A stretch of 32,000 nt of DNA from Methylophaga frappieri (GTDB lineage Bacteria > Pseudomonadota > Gammaproteobacteria > Nitrosococcales > Methylophagaceae), in the NCBI RefSeq assembly GCF_000260965.1, contig NC_017856.1, forward strand, positions 2,190,001-2,222,000, written 5' to 3'. Under the pieces are notes generated by a model, which was not told the origin of the DNA, searched no databases, and saw only the letters and a program-made list of their open reading frames with translations. This document shows positions 8,839 through 17,202 of this stretch, piece after piece. Made by a program: the position numbers and the translations under genes. How positions within the stretch are numbered: position 1 is the stretch's first letter; each line of letters starts with the position of its first letter.

Positions 8839-9639
8839 TTAAAAGCTTTTATTTAAAGTAAAGTTGCCACCTTTACTGTCGGTCACATCAACAGACAGCG
8901 TGCCCGACTTTTCCGGGGTAAACATAAAACGAATGCTCGGATCTTCGCTGATTGATATGCCACTTTCTAATTGAATTAGTGATTCATCATCCACTCGGAT
9001 ATCTATCTTTTCCACATAATGCGGGGGAATGTAACCTCGTGAAGCTTGGTCTATTTGCAAGCCGCTATTGTTCGGGTGGCTGATGATAAGCTGAACTGGT
9101 GTCATATCTCCCGGTACGACTGGGCGCATTCGTAATTGCATTTTACCTAACCGTGCCATTGCGGCTGACGGATCTTTGCCGGCAGGGGCGCTACATCCCC
9201 CCGTGGCTTTGATGTAATCACTGACCATGTACAAACGACCATCATTCATTTCTGCTATAGCGCGAATTGGAGTGTAGCGATCAACTCGAACTCGGGTGGC
9301 GATGTCGATTTCACCTAATTTTGGCGATAACAGGAAGTTTGCCGAGTAGGGCATGGGATTGTTGTCGATAAATAAATGCAGTCGTTGAATATAAGCCGTT
9401 TCCGTCGGTGTGAGATTTGAGCTAATGCGAATGGGTACAACGGCGGCGTCTTCAGCCCGTTTCGGTGCCTCGAGTTGCAACATTTCCGGCTCAGCAACAT
9501 GAATAATTTTATCCCCAAAATAATGTTGTTTTAAGGCAGGCCAGGCGGTTTCATCGGTTGTCTCTGATGTAGTTGCATTGACGGTGCTTGCAAACAGCAT
9601 GATGCTGAGAAAAAATAAACGACTCATGATGGATAACAT
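8839..9639 (-). CDS. Periplasmic SoxY-SoxZ fusion protein (SoxYZ-like carrier), copy B, tandem paralogue of copy A
   Basis: ATG 3 nt after the hydrolase stop, with a GGGAG ribosome-binding site and a signal peptide. LEAPKRAEDAAVVPIRI. GGCSAPAGKD, with the Cys codon at 9193-9195. ISHPNNSGLQID...GISISEDPSIRFMFTP. Hand alignment of a 115-residue core gives about two-thirds identity to copy A. Confidence 0.75.
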   Translation of the reverse strand: MLSIMSRLFFLSIMLFASTVNATTSETTDETAWPALKQHYFGDKIIHVAEPEMLQLEAPKRAEDAAVVPIRISSNLTPTETAYIQRLHLFIDNNPMPYSANFLLSPKLGEIDIATRVRVDRYTPIRAIAEMNDGRLYMVSDYIKATGGCSAPAGKDPSAAMARLGKMQLRMRPVVPGDMTPVQLIISHPNNSGLQIDQASRGYIPPHYVEKIDIRVDDESLIQLESGISISEDPSIRFMFTPEKSGTLSVDVTDSKGGNFTLNKSF

Positions 9640-9642
9640 AGC

Positions 9643-10568
9643 TTACTCCCACTCCAATTCTACAAACGCAGCGGTCACATTGCGTCGGTGATAATGTTGA
9701 AACAATTGCCAATTTGAACACGCATTGGGAGCAACAGTTTCCGTTGCCTGATCAATTGTGCCCATATCCTGAATAATTTCGCGAATGTCGGTTCGAACTG
9801 TTTTCAAATAGGTCAGTATGGGTTGCCAAACAGCCGACTCTGCGCCTATTGCAGCAGGACCATGGCCAGGAATAATCGCATGAAACGATTGTTGCTGAAA
9901 TTTTTCCAATATAGCAATCCAGCCATTAATACTGCCATCTAAGGCCGGTATTCGTTCTCGAAACAATAAGTCTCCCGTCCAAAGGGTATTGGTCTTTTGA
10001 TCCAGAACGGTAAGATCATGATCTGTGTGCGCTGTGGTGTATGCGGTGAGCAATAACGACCGGTTGCCGAGATCCAGTGTAGTTGGTTCTGATGTTGTGA
10101 CTAACTGATCGGGCCCGATGAACTCAGTGCCATTATACGCTGACCCCAGAATTTCAGAAAATTGCCGTTGATAATGCGCCAAGCGACTTGCCATCGCATT
10201 CGGCATTTTTTCGTGACCAATAAAAATAGTTTGCTCATCGTCAAAAGCCGCGTTGCCAAGCATATGATCCGGATGAACATGGGTATTAATGACATAGCAA
10301 ACGGGCAGTGAGGTCACGCTTTTAATTGCTTGTTTAAGGTGCGTGCCCTCACGGTAACTGCCACCGCTATCTATAACCGCGACACAACGTTCACCAACAA
10401 CAAACCTACATTGGCAATGGCACCCATATTGGTTTCGTTGGCATCTTCATGCACGCCTTGATGATAATAAACGCCATCGGCGACCTGATTGATGGGGTAA
10501 GCGTCATCCGCATGTGAAGCGCTACTGAACAACATTAACATCAGGACTAAGCTGGATTTTCCCCTCAT
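9643..10568 (-). pseudogene. Secreted metallo-beta-lactamase-fold zinc hydrolase (SoxH-like, 'quinoprotein relay system' type), split by a 1-nt deletion
   Basis: Track ORF 10371-10568 encodes a signal peptide plus ...GVYYHQGVHEDANETNMGAIANVG. Track ORF 9643-10317 carries THVHPDH and the rest of the MBL fold. That second frame is open upstream and reads FVVGERCVAVIDSGGSYREG. The two frames join at the AAA run on the plus strand (10402-10404). The total of 926 nt is not a multiple of 3. Confidence 0.75.
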
Positions 10569-10643
10569 TGGGTGTCTCCGGAAAATGAACCAATACTGTT
10601 ACAATATCGCATTTTTCAACATTGATGTCAGCCGAGGGAAAAC

Positions 10644-12044
10644 ATGACTATTCGTACACGATTTGCACCAAGTCCAACCGGTTATTTGCATGTTGGTGGT
10701 GCCCGTACAGCGCTGTTTTCATGGTTGTATGCGCGCAAGCAAGGAGGCCGCTTTGTTTTGCGAATTGAAGATACGGATCTGGCGCGTTCAACAGAAGCAT
10801 CAGTTAATGCCATTTTGGAGGGCATGAATTGGCTTGGCTTGGATTATGATGAAGGACCTTTTTATCAAACCCAGCGATTTGATCGATATAAAGAAGTGAT
10901 TGCCCAGCTCTTAGCACAAGGCGATGCCTATTACTGTTATTGCACCAAGGAAGAGCTGGAAACATTGCGTGAGCAACAGCGAGCTAATAAAGAAAAGCCA
11001 CGTTATGATGGGCGCTGGCGGGATCGGACAGATTCTCGTCCAGGCGTTGAGCCGGTTATTCGTTTTAAAAATCCGCTAACAGGTGTGGTCACTTTTCGCG
11101 ATGCGATTCGGGGGGAAGTAACTTTTAATAATAGTGAACTGGATGATCTGATCATTGCGCGAGCGGATGGCACACCAACCTATAACCTGACGGTTGTTGT
11201 CGATGATCTGGATATGGGCATGACCCATGTGATTCGTGGCGATGATCACATCAACAACACGCCGCGACAAATTAATATCTTTAATGCGTTAGGCGCAACA
11301 CCACCCGTGTTTGCCCATGTGCCAATGATATTGGGAGATGATGGTGCGCGGTTGTCCAAGCGTCATGGTGCTGTCAGTGTCATGAGTTATCGTGATGAAG
11401 GCTACTTGCCAGAAGCGCTGTTGAACTACCTGGTCCGTTTAGGCTGGTCACATGGCGATCAAGAAGTGTTTTCACGCGAGGAAATGATCCAGTTATTTGA
11501 TATCGACGATGTTAACCGGGCGGCATCAAGTTTCAATACCGAAAAGCTGATTTGGCTCAATCAGCATTATATTAAACACAGTGAGCCAGCCTATATTGCG
11601 GAACACTTGCAATGGCATCTGGAAAAACGTGATTTAGACATCAGCAATGGCCCGGCATTAACGGATGTCATTGTGTTGTTGCGTGAGCGTGTCAAAACAC
11701 TGGTCGAGTTGGCTGATAGTTGCCGTTATTTTTATCAGGACGTTGAGGAATATGACGAAAAAGCGGCAAAAAAACATCTTACCGCAGATAGCTTGCCCAT
11801 TCTGAGTGATTTTTTGTCACGACTGCAAGCGCTTCCAAACTGGCAGGCAGCCTTAATTCACTCCGAAATCAAAGCCTGTGCTGAGGCATTTGGTGTCGGC
11901 ATGGGAAAAGTAGCACAGCCCGTTCGGGTTGCTCTGACGGGTAACACCGTATCACCTTCGTTAGATCTGACTTTAGCTTTAGCAGGACGTTTGCGCACTG
12001 AAAGCGCAATTCGCCGTGTGATTAATTGGATTGAAAAGGAGTGA
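10644..12044 (+). CDS. gltX: Glutamate--tRNA ligase
   Basis: 466 aa with the class I signatures [10 protein letters not shown] (HIGH) and LSKRHG (KMSKS). Confidence 0.95.
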   Translation: MTIRTRFAPSPTGYLHVGGARTALFSWLYARKQGGRFVLRIEDTDLARSTEASVNAILEGMNWLGLDYDEGPFYQTQRFDRYKEVIAQLLAQGDAYYCYCTKEELETLREQQRANKEKPRYDGRWRDRTDSRPGVEPVIRFKNPLTGVVTFRDAIRGEVTFNNSELDDLIIARADGTPTYNLTVVVDDLDMGMTHVIRGDDHINNTPRQINIFNALGATPPVFAHVPMILGDDGARLSKRHGAVSVMSYRDEGYLPEALLNYLVRLGWSHGDQEVFSREEMIQLFDIDDVNRAASSFNTEKLIWLNQHYIKHSEPAYIAEHLQWHLEKRDLDISNGPALTDVIVLLRERVKTLVELADSCRYFYQDVEEYDEKAAKKHLTADSLPILSDFLSRLQALPNWQAALIHSEIKACAEAFGVGMGKVAQPVRVALTGNTVSPSLDLTLALAGRLRTESAIRRVINWIEKE

Positions 12045-12163
12045 CATTTTCATCTCAATGCAGGGATTAGATCATTATTTATTTAAAATCATAAGGTTAC
12101 GGGATAGGGAATTTATTCCCACTATTGGCGCGGAAAAAGTCACAAAAAAGTTCGGAAAATGTC

Positions 12164-12192
12164 TTGACTGAAAAAAGGCTTACGATTATGGT
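12164..12192 (+). promoter_or_regulatory. Candidate sigma70 promoter for xoxF
   Basis: TTGACT (12164-12169), a 17-nt spacer, then TATGGT (12187-12192). It lies about 70 nt upstream of the xoxF ATG. Confidence 0.35.
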
Positions 12193-12260
12193 GCCTCTTA
12201 AGCATGAAATACGTGCTCAAATTTTCGTGCAATGACGAAAAGCAATCAGAGGATAACTTT

Positions 12261-14039
12261 ATGAAGCTGAAAACATTATCAATTGCCATGATGGGACTGG
12301 CAGCACCAGGGCTGGTAGCCGCTGATGAACTGCTGGAAATGCAAAAGAATCATGACGAATGGGTCATGCCGGCAGGTAACTATGCCAATCACCGCTACAG
12401 CACCCTGACTGATATTAATAAAGAGAATGTCAAAGATCTGAATATGGCTTGGTCCTTCTCCACAGGGGTTCTCCGTGGTCATGAGGGTAATGCACTGGTT
12501 ATGGACGGTACGATGTATGTTCATACCCCGTTTCCAAACATTGTTTTTGCACTTGATTTGAACAATGATGGGGCAATCAAATGGAAATATGAGCCAAGCC
12601 AAAACTACGATGAAACCGTCCCAGTCATGTGTTGTGACACGGTGAACCGTGGTCTGTCTTATGCTGACGGTAAAATCTTCCTGAATCAGGCTGATACCAC
12701 GTTGGTGGCATTGGATATGGAGACTGGTGAAGAGGTTTGGTCGGATAAACGTGACGATGCGAAAGTAGGTGCGACCAGCACTGCTGCTGCCCACGTTTTT
12801 GATGACAAAATCATTGTCGGTATTTCAGGGGGTGAGTTTGGTGTTCGTGGTTATGTCCAAGCTTATGACTTAGATGGTAACGTTGTTTACAAAGCCTACA
12901 GCACCGGTCCTGATGACGAAATGTTGATTGATGGCGAAAAGACAACGACCATGCTTAAGCCGATTGGCAAGGACTCATCCCTGAAAAGCTGGCAAGGCGA
13001 TCAATGGAAAATTGGCGGCGGTACCACTTGGGGTTGGTATTCATATGACCCGGATTTGAATTTGTTCTATTACGGCTCTGGTAACCCATCAACCTGGAAC
13101 CCAGTACAACGTCCTGGTGATAATAAATGGTCTATGACAATTTTTGCTCGTGACCTTGATACCGGTATGGCCAAATGGGTCTATCAAAAAACACCATATG
13201 ATGAATGGGACTATGATGGTGTTAACGAAAACATTTTGGTTGACCAAAAAGTCAACGGCAAAATGCGTAAGACGTTGGTCAATTTTGACCGCAATGGTTT
13301 TGCCTATACGTTAGACCGTGTGAATGGTGAATTGCTGGTTGCCGAAAAGTTTGATCCAGCGGTGAACTGGTCAAATGGTGTCAGCTTGGAAACAGGTCGT
13401 CATGATCGTGTTGCTAAGTACTCCACTGCCCATAATGGTGAGGATGTGAATACGACAGGTATTTGTCCGGCAGCATTGGGCACAAAAGACCAACAGCCAG
13501 CGGCATACTCACCGCGTACAGGCCTGTTCTATGTACCAACAAACCATGTGTGCATGGACTACGAGCCATTTGAAGTGGAATACGTCGCTGGTCAGCCGTA
13601 TGTGGGCGCGACATTAGCAATGTATCCAGCACCAGGTGGTACACACTTGGGTAACTTCATTGCCTGGGATGCACGCGAAGGTAAGATCGTTTGGTCTAAC
13701 CCGGAACGTTTCTCGGTCTGGTCTGGTGCGTTAGCGACCGCTTCGGATGTTGTTTTTTACGGTACGCTTGAAGGTCATTTAAAAGCGGTTGATGCACAAT
13801 CAGGCCGTGAACTGTGGCGGTTTAAAACGCCATCAGGGATCATCGGTAACGTGAACACTTACAAGCATGATGGTAAGCAGTACATTTCTATCTTGTCAGG
13901 TGTCGGTGGTTGGGCTGGTATCGGTATGGCTATCCCAAGTCTGGAAAATGATGCTGATGGTTTGGGCGCGGTTGGTGCCTACCGTTCACTGTCTAGCTGG
14001 ACAAACCTGGGTGGTGTATTGAGTGTGTTCAGCCTGTAA
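12261..14039 (+). CDS. xoxF: Lanthanide-dependent PQQ methanol/ethanol dehydrogenase, XoxF type
   Basis: ATG at 12261 with an AGAGGA ribosome-binding site and signal peptide [21 protein letters not shown]. Vicinal Cys pair [10 protein letters not shown]. Full-length co-linearity with the MxaF/XoxF family. The motif DEWDYDGV has Asp (13215-13217) at the position where calcium-type MxaF has Ala. No mxaI small-subunit gene is adjacent. Confidence 0.9.
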   Translation: MKLKTLSIAMMGLAAPGLVAADELLEMQKNHDEWVMPAGNYANHRYSTLTDINKENVKDLNMAWSFSTGVLRGHEGNALVMDGTMYVHTPFPNIVFALDLNNDGAIKWKYEPSQNYDETVPVMCCDTVNRGLSYADGKIFLNQADTTLVALDMETGEEVWSDKRDDAKVGATSTAAAHVFDDKIIVGISGGEFGVRGYVQAYDLDGNVVYKAYSTGPDDEMLIDGEKTTTMLKPIGKDSSLKSWQGDQWKIGGGTTWGWYSYDPDLNLFYYGSGNPSTWNPVQRPGDNKWSMTIFARDLDTGMAKWVYQKTPYDEWDYDGVNENILVDQKVNGKMRKTLVNFDRNGFAYTLDRVNGELLVAEKFDPAVNWSNGVSLETGRHDRVAKYSTAHNGEDVNTTGICPAALGTKDQQPAAYSPRTGLFYVPTNHVCMDYEPFEVEYVAGQPYVGATLAMYPAPGGTHLGNFIAWDAREGKIVWSNPERFSVWSGALATASDVVFYGTLEGHLKAVDAQSGRELWRFKTPSGIIGNVNTYKHDGKQYISILSGVGGWAGIGMAIPSLENDADGLGAVGAYRSLSSWTNLGGVLSVFSL

Positions 14040-14089
14040 TAAGGCCATGCGTATATTGATTGATTAAATATACGAAGCAAAAGAAAAAA

Positions 14090-14120
14090 CCCGGTGCCGA
14101 TTGGCACTGGGTTTTTTTTT
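14090..14120 (+). terminator. Rho-independent terminator after xoxF
   Basis: CCCGGTGCC (14090-14098), loop GATT, GGCACTGGG (14103-14111), then a T9 run (14112-14120). Confidence 0.85.
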
Positions 14121-14179
14121 GAAACTGACAAGGTTATTGTATTGTCATAAATGTTCCCAGTAATGATAAGGAAAAAGTA

Positions 14180-15058
14180 ATGATTAAGCGACAGCAGTGG
14201 ACAGTTTTATTAGGCGGTTTGTTTGTGACAGCAATAGGTTCAGCTAATGCTGCAGACTTGGAGCCGTTAAAGGGACAAGAGGTTTTACGTGTTTGTGCTG
14301 ACAAAAACAATATGCCTTACTCTAATGGTGATCTTGAAGGCTTTGATAATAAAATTGCAGCCCTTTTAGGTGAAGAGTTAGGTATACCCGTAGAGTATTA
14401 TTGGTTTCCTCAGCGAATTGGCTTTGCGCGAAATACGTTAAAAAAAGAACATCCAACCGAAGCTCGCTATATGTGTGACGTAGCATTTAATATTTCTGAG
14501 ACATCTGATTTCGTCAAAACTACAAATCCTTATTATGAGTCTATAGAAGTAGTTGCTTATCGGAGCGGAGAAGGTTATGACATCAATAAGTTGACCGATA
14601 TTAAAATGGCAAATGAACAGCATGGTCCTCTGAAAATTGGCCTGTTTGATCGTGCGTTAACGACAAAGCATATCGTTGACATGGGCTTAGCCGATAACAT
14701 TGTTTATTATCAAATGATGGCTGGTGGTTGGGATGTGACCCCAGGAAGAATTATCGAAGATCTTGCTGCAGGTAAAGTCGATGTTGTTCCTATGTGGGGG
14801 CCTATCGCTGGCTATTATGGAGCCAGACAAGATGTTGATATTGCGGTTAAGCCGCTGAATGAGTTGGGGCAACGCCATGTATTTGCTTTTAGTATGGGAA
14901 CGCGTTATGGCGAACCAAAATGGACGGCATTGTTAAATAAATTTATTGAGAAGCGTCAAGATGATATTGATGCAATCATTGCTGAATACAATTTACCTTC
15001 TTTAGAAAATGTTAGTCCGACCCCTGCTAAGCGGATTCGCAAAGATGATGACGATTAA
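14180..15058 (+). CDS. xoxJ: Quinoprotein-dehydrogenase-associated periplasmic substrate-binding protein (MxaJ/XoxJ family)
   Basis: Signal peptide, then LRVCADKNNMPYSNGDLEGFDNKIAALLGEELG, typical of MoxJ/XoxJ. It lies directly downstream of xoxF. Confidence 0.8.
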   Translation: MIKRQQWTVLLGGLFVTAIGSANAADLEPLKGQEVLRVCADKNNMPYSNGDLEGFDNKIAALLGEELGIPVEYYWFPQRIGFARNTLKKEHPTEARYMCDVAFNISETSDFVKTTNPYYESIEVVAYRSGEGYDINKLTDIKMANEQHGPLKIGLFDRALTTKHIVDMGLADNIVYYQMMAGGWDVTPGRIIEDLAAGKVDVVPMWGPIAGYYGARQDVDIAVKPLNELGQRHVFAFSMGTRYGEPKWTALLNKFIEKRQDDIDAIIAEYNLPSLENVSPTPAKRIRKDDDD

Positions 15059-15088
15059 CAGGTGATTTACTTTTCAGAATGCGGCCCG

Positions 15089-15538
15089 TCATAGCGTGGC
15101 CGCATCTATGATATGCCTTAGGTTACCGTTAATTTTGGTGGAAAAGTTGCGCTGCTCACCGCGTCCTTTTTCCTGCATTAACCGACCACTGACGATGACG
15201 CCTTGGGATGTTTCACGAACGGCAATCGTACAAGGCATTTCATTGATCAGATGATCATCAATCAGCATCATTTCTTTAGCGTAAGTGATATTGCAGAAAC
15301 TAATAATGGTAGCTAATGGAAAGTTCGGATCGCCTCGGTCACGTATTGCTTGACCAATATCACTACGATGAATAATACGATAGTTGTACTCTGATATTGC
15401 TATATCCAGGCTCAGTAGCGTGTCTTCAAAATTATAAGGGCTTATCGATTGATAAACATTTAGTTGATTCGCCTGACAACCCGCGAAGGTGAGCCATGCT
15501 ACAGAAAGAAAAGCGTATTTAAACCAGGATATTGGCAT
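15089..15538 (-). CDS. DUF302-like lipoprotein
   Basis: Lipobox LTFAGC near the N-terminus. The core RIIHRSDIGQAIRDRG...PLATIISFCNITYAKEMM...MPCTIAVRE resembles the DUF302 pattern, recalled from memory and not searched. Confidence 0.5.
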   Translation of the reverse strand: MPISWFKYAFLSVAWLTFAGCQANQLNVYQSISPYNFEDTLLSLDIAISEYNYRIIHRSDIGQAIRDRGDPNFPLATIISFCNITYAKEMMLIDDHLINEMPCTIAVRETSQGVIVSGRLMQEKGRGEQRNFSTKINGNLRHIIDAATL

Positions 15539-15611
15539 AACAAAAATGGCCTTTAATATTCAGTTCAGTGACAGAATAACATCAAATAGTCTGTTTTATG
15601 GGAGAGAGAAA

Positions 15612-16298
15612 ATGATGAAAACCCGTTTTGCCGTGATACTTTTTTGTATGCTTTTAAGCTGTTTTGGCCAGGCTTATGCGGTACCAGGTTACTCGGAAAT
15701 AAATAATGCCTTGTTCGACAAATCTCACCTTAAAAACATTAATGAATCAGCAAAACTGACATATAAGTATCAGAAAACGAGTTACACAGAAGGTAACCGG
15801 GAAGATACGATTGTTATGTCGGTTGATAATATTCGAAATACAGGTCGCCGTGATACGCAGTTTGAGTTCTTCACTGGCAAGCATAATCGCCCATATCAAG
15901 CGATGAATGATCAGCGCGGTAACCCTATTTTTGTTTATTTTTTAGAGTTTGATGTGCATGAAATGGATCGTCTCACGGGCGGTGAGTGGCGCTATTTTCA
16001 ACGAAAACTTCGTTGGGCAATGGCTGCGGGCGCGGATAAAAAACAAGTCGAGATTGACTATCAAGGAAAAAAGGTAGAAGCAACGCAATATACGATTCAA
16101 CCTTATGTTGATGATCCTAAAAATGGTCGCTATAAACTGTATGCCGGAAAGTATTATATTTTTACGCTATCTGAAGCAGTTCCAGGTGAGATTTATCAAA
16201 TTAGAACGGTCGTTCCTGATGGCTTGACATGGGATGGTGAGCAAGTGCCATTAATTGACGAAACAGTTACATTATTTGATTATCGGCCAGAACACTAA
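15612..16298 (+). CDS. Secreted hypothetical protein (228 aa)
   Basis: ATG at 15612 after a GGGAGAGAG ribosome-binding site. Signal peptide MMKTRFAVILFCMLLSCFGQAYA. The track's longer start at 15489 would overlap the divergent gene. I recognise no family. Confidence 0.55.
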   Translation: MMKTRFAVILFCMLLSCFGQAYAVPGYSEINNALFDKSHLKNINESAKLTYKYQKTSYTEGNREDTIVMSVDNIRNTGRRDTQFEFFTGKHNRPYQAMNDQRGNPIFVYFLEFDVHEMDRLTGGEWRYFQRKLRWAMAAGADKKQVEIDYQGKKVEATQYTIQPYVDDPKNGRYKLYAGKYYIFTLSEAVPGEIYQIRTVVPDGLTWDGEQVPLIDETVTLFDYRPEH

Positions 16299-16696
16299 AG
16301 TATATTAAAGTTAAATCGAAGGCCATGATTATTGGTGTGCTTTTTAAGCGTCGTTTTAAGCAAAGCGCGTAATATGTGTTGGCATTCTAATAGGGTGAGC
16401 AATGGCTCTCGAATATCATTATTTGTTGGCAGCAAACGGTAAGATAGTTCTCCCAATCGCAAAAAGTAGCGATGATGAAATTCGCCTTGGCAGCGAAACA
16501 AGTAAAAGAACTCTGATATGACGGGGTACAATCGAACGAACAGCAAAGTGACATTGTAGCGCTTCCGAGTGTCGGCCTCTCTCAACCATAATTCTCGTTC
16601 TCTTATCTCTGCTGAGGGAATTAAATTAGGCTATTTAACTTAACCTGATGCTAAAACAGAATAAGACGACCGATTAAATATAAAAAATGGACTACG

Positions 16697-17098
16697 TTAT
16701 TTGACCACTTTCAATTGTGGTTTGCCGCTTGTGGTGCCTGGTGGTGGTGAGCTTGGCGGTTTAGGATCACTTGGTGGCGGTGACTGAAGTTCTTCGGGAA
16801 AAAACATGCCTTCGTTATTTTCCTTGCCATAAATAGCCTGTACGGCCGTTGTTGGGATAAATAACTCCATCGCCTTGCCAGAGAAACGAGCAGAAAAGCT
16901 AATCCACTCATTATCCATTTGCAATTGATGAATGGCATCGGGTGCCAGATTTAAGACAATGCGATTATCCTTGATATACGCAGCCGGAACCACCACGCCT
17001 TCTATTTCTGTATTAACCAATAGATAAGGCGTACATTGGTTATCCAGCAACCAGTCGTAAATCGCACGGATTAAATAGGGTTTTTGTGGTGTCATCAC
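16697..17098 (-). CDS. sspB: ClpXP adaptor / stringent starvation protein B
   Basis: The N-terminus PYLIRAIYDWLLDNQCTPYLLV...VVLNLAPDA is characteristic. It has a Pro-rich linker and a C-terminal GKPQLKVVK tail (ClpX-binding type). Confidence 0.85.
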   Translation of the reverse strand: MMTPQKPYLIRAIYDWLLDNQCTPYLLVNTEIEGVVVPAAYIKDNRIVLNLAPDAIHQLQMDNEWISFSARFSGKAMELFIPTTAVQAIYGKENNEGMFFPEELQSPPPSDPKPPSSPPPGTTSGKPQLKVVK

Positions 17099-17202
17099 GA
17101 ACTACCAAACATCATCACTGGATGCAGTTTACGCCTTGCGCACAACGAAAACCATCTTTGATTGAGCTGGCCGTGTGACAAGCAAGGCGCGTTAACCGGC
17201 GT

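Noticed and set aside
12204-12260. A 19-codon upstream extension of xoxF ([19 protein letters not shown]).
   Set aside because: An acidic extension ahead of a signal peptide is implausible. The ATG at 12261 has an AGAGGA ribosome-binding site, and its first residues form the signal peptide.
12279-12794. A 171-aa minus-strand ORF inside xoxF. Similar antisense or overlapping ORFs occur inside fimX (1151-2375), pilC/pilB (27131-29689), aspS (21753-22946) and lysA/dapF (30876-31933).
   Set aside because: They lie entirely within strongly supported genes on the opposite strand or in another frame. They have odd, low-complexity, Cys/Arg/Ser-rich compositions and no ribosome-binding sites. They are shadow ORFs.
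16295-16585. A 96-aa minus-strand ORF in the sspB-downstream gap.
   Set aside because: It has only a TTG start and no ribosome-binding site. It overlaps the stop of the upstream gene on the other strand and has no recognisable motifs. The region is kept as an unexplained-gap finding, not as a CDS.
16629-16639. The 11-mer GGCTATTTAAC, repeated at 20544-20554, with a near copy at 20699-20712. All copies are in intergenic DNA.
   Set aside because: With 32 kb of sequence, roughly a hundred exact 11-mer coincidences are expected by chance (N^2/2 divided by 4^11). AT-rich spacers inflate that further. This is not evidence for a shared regulatory site.
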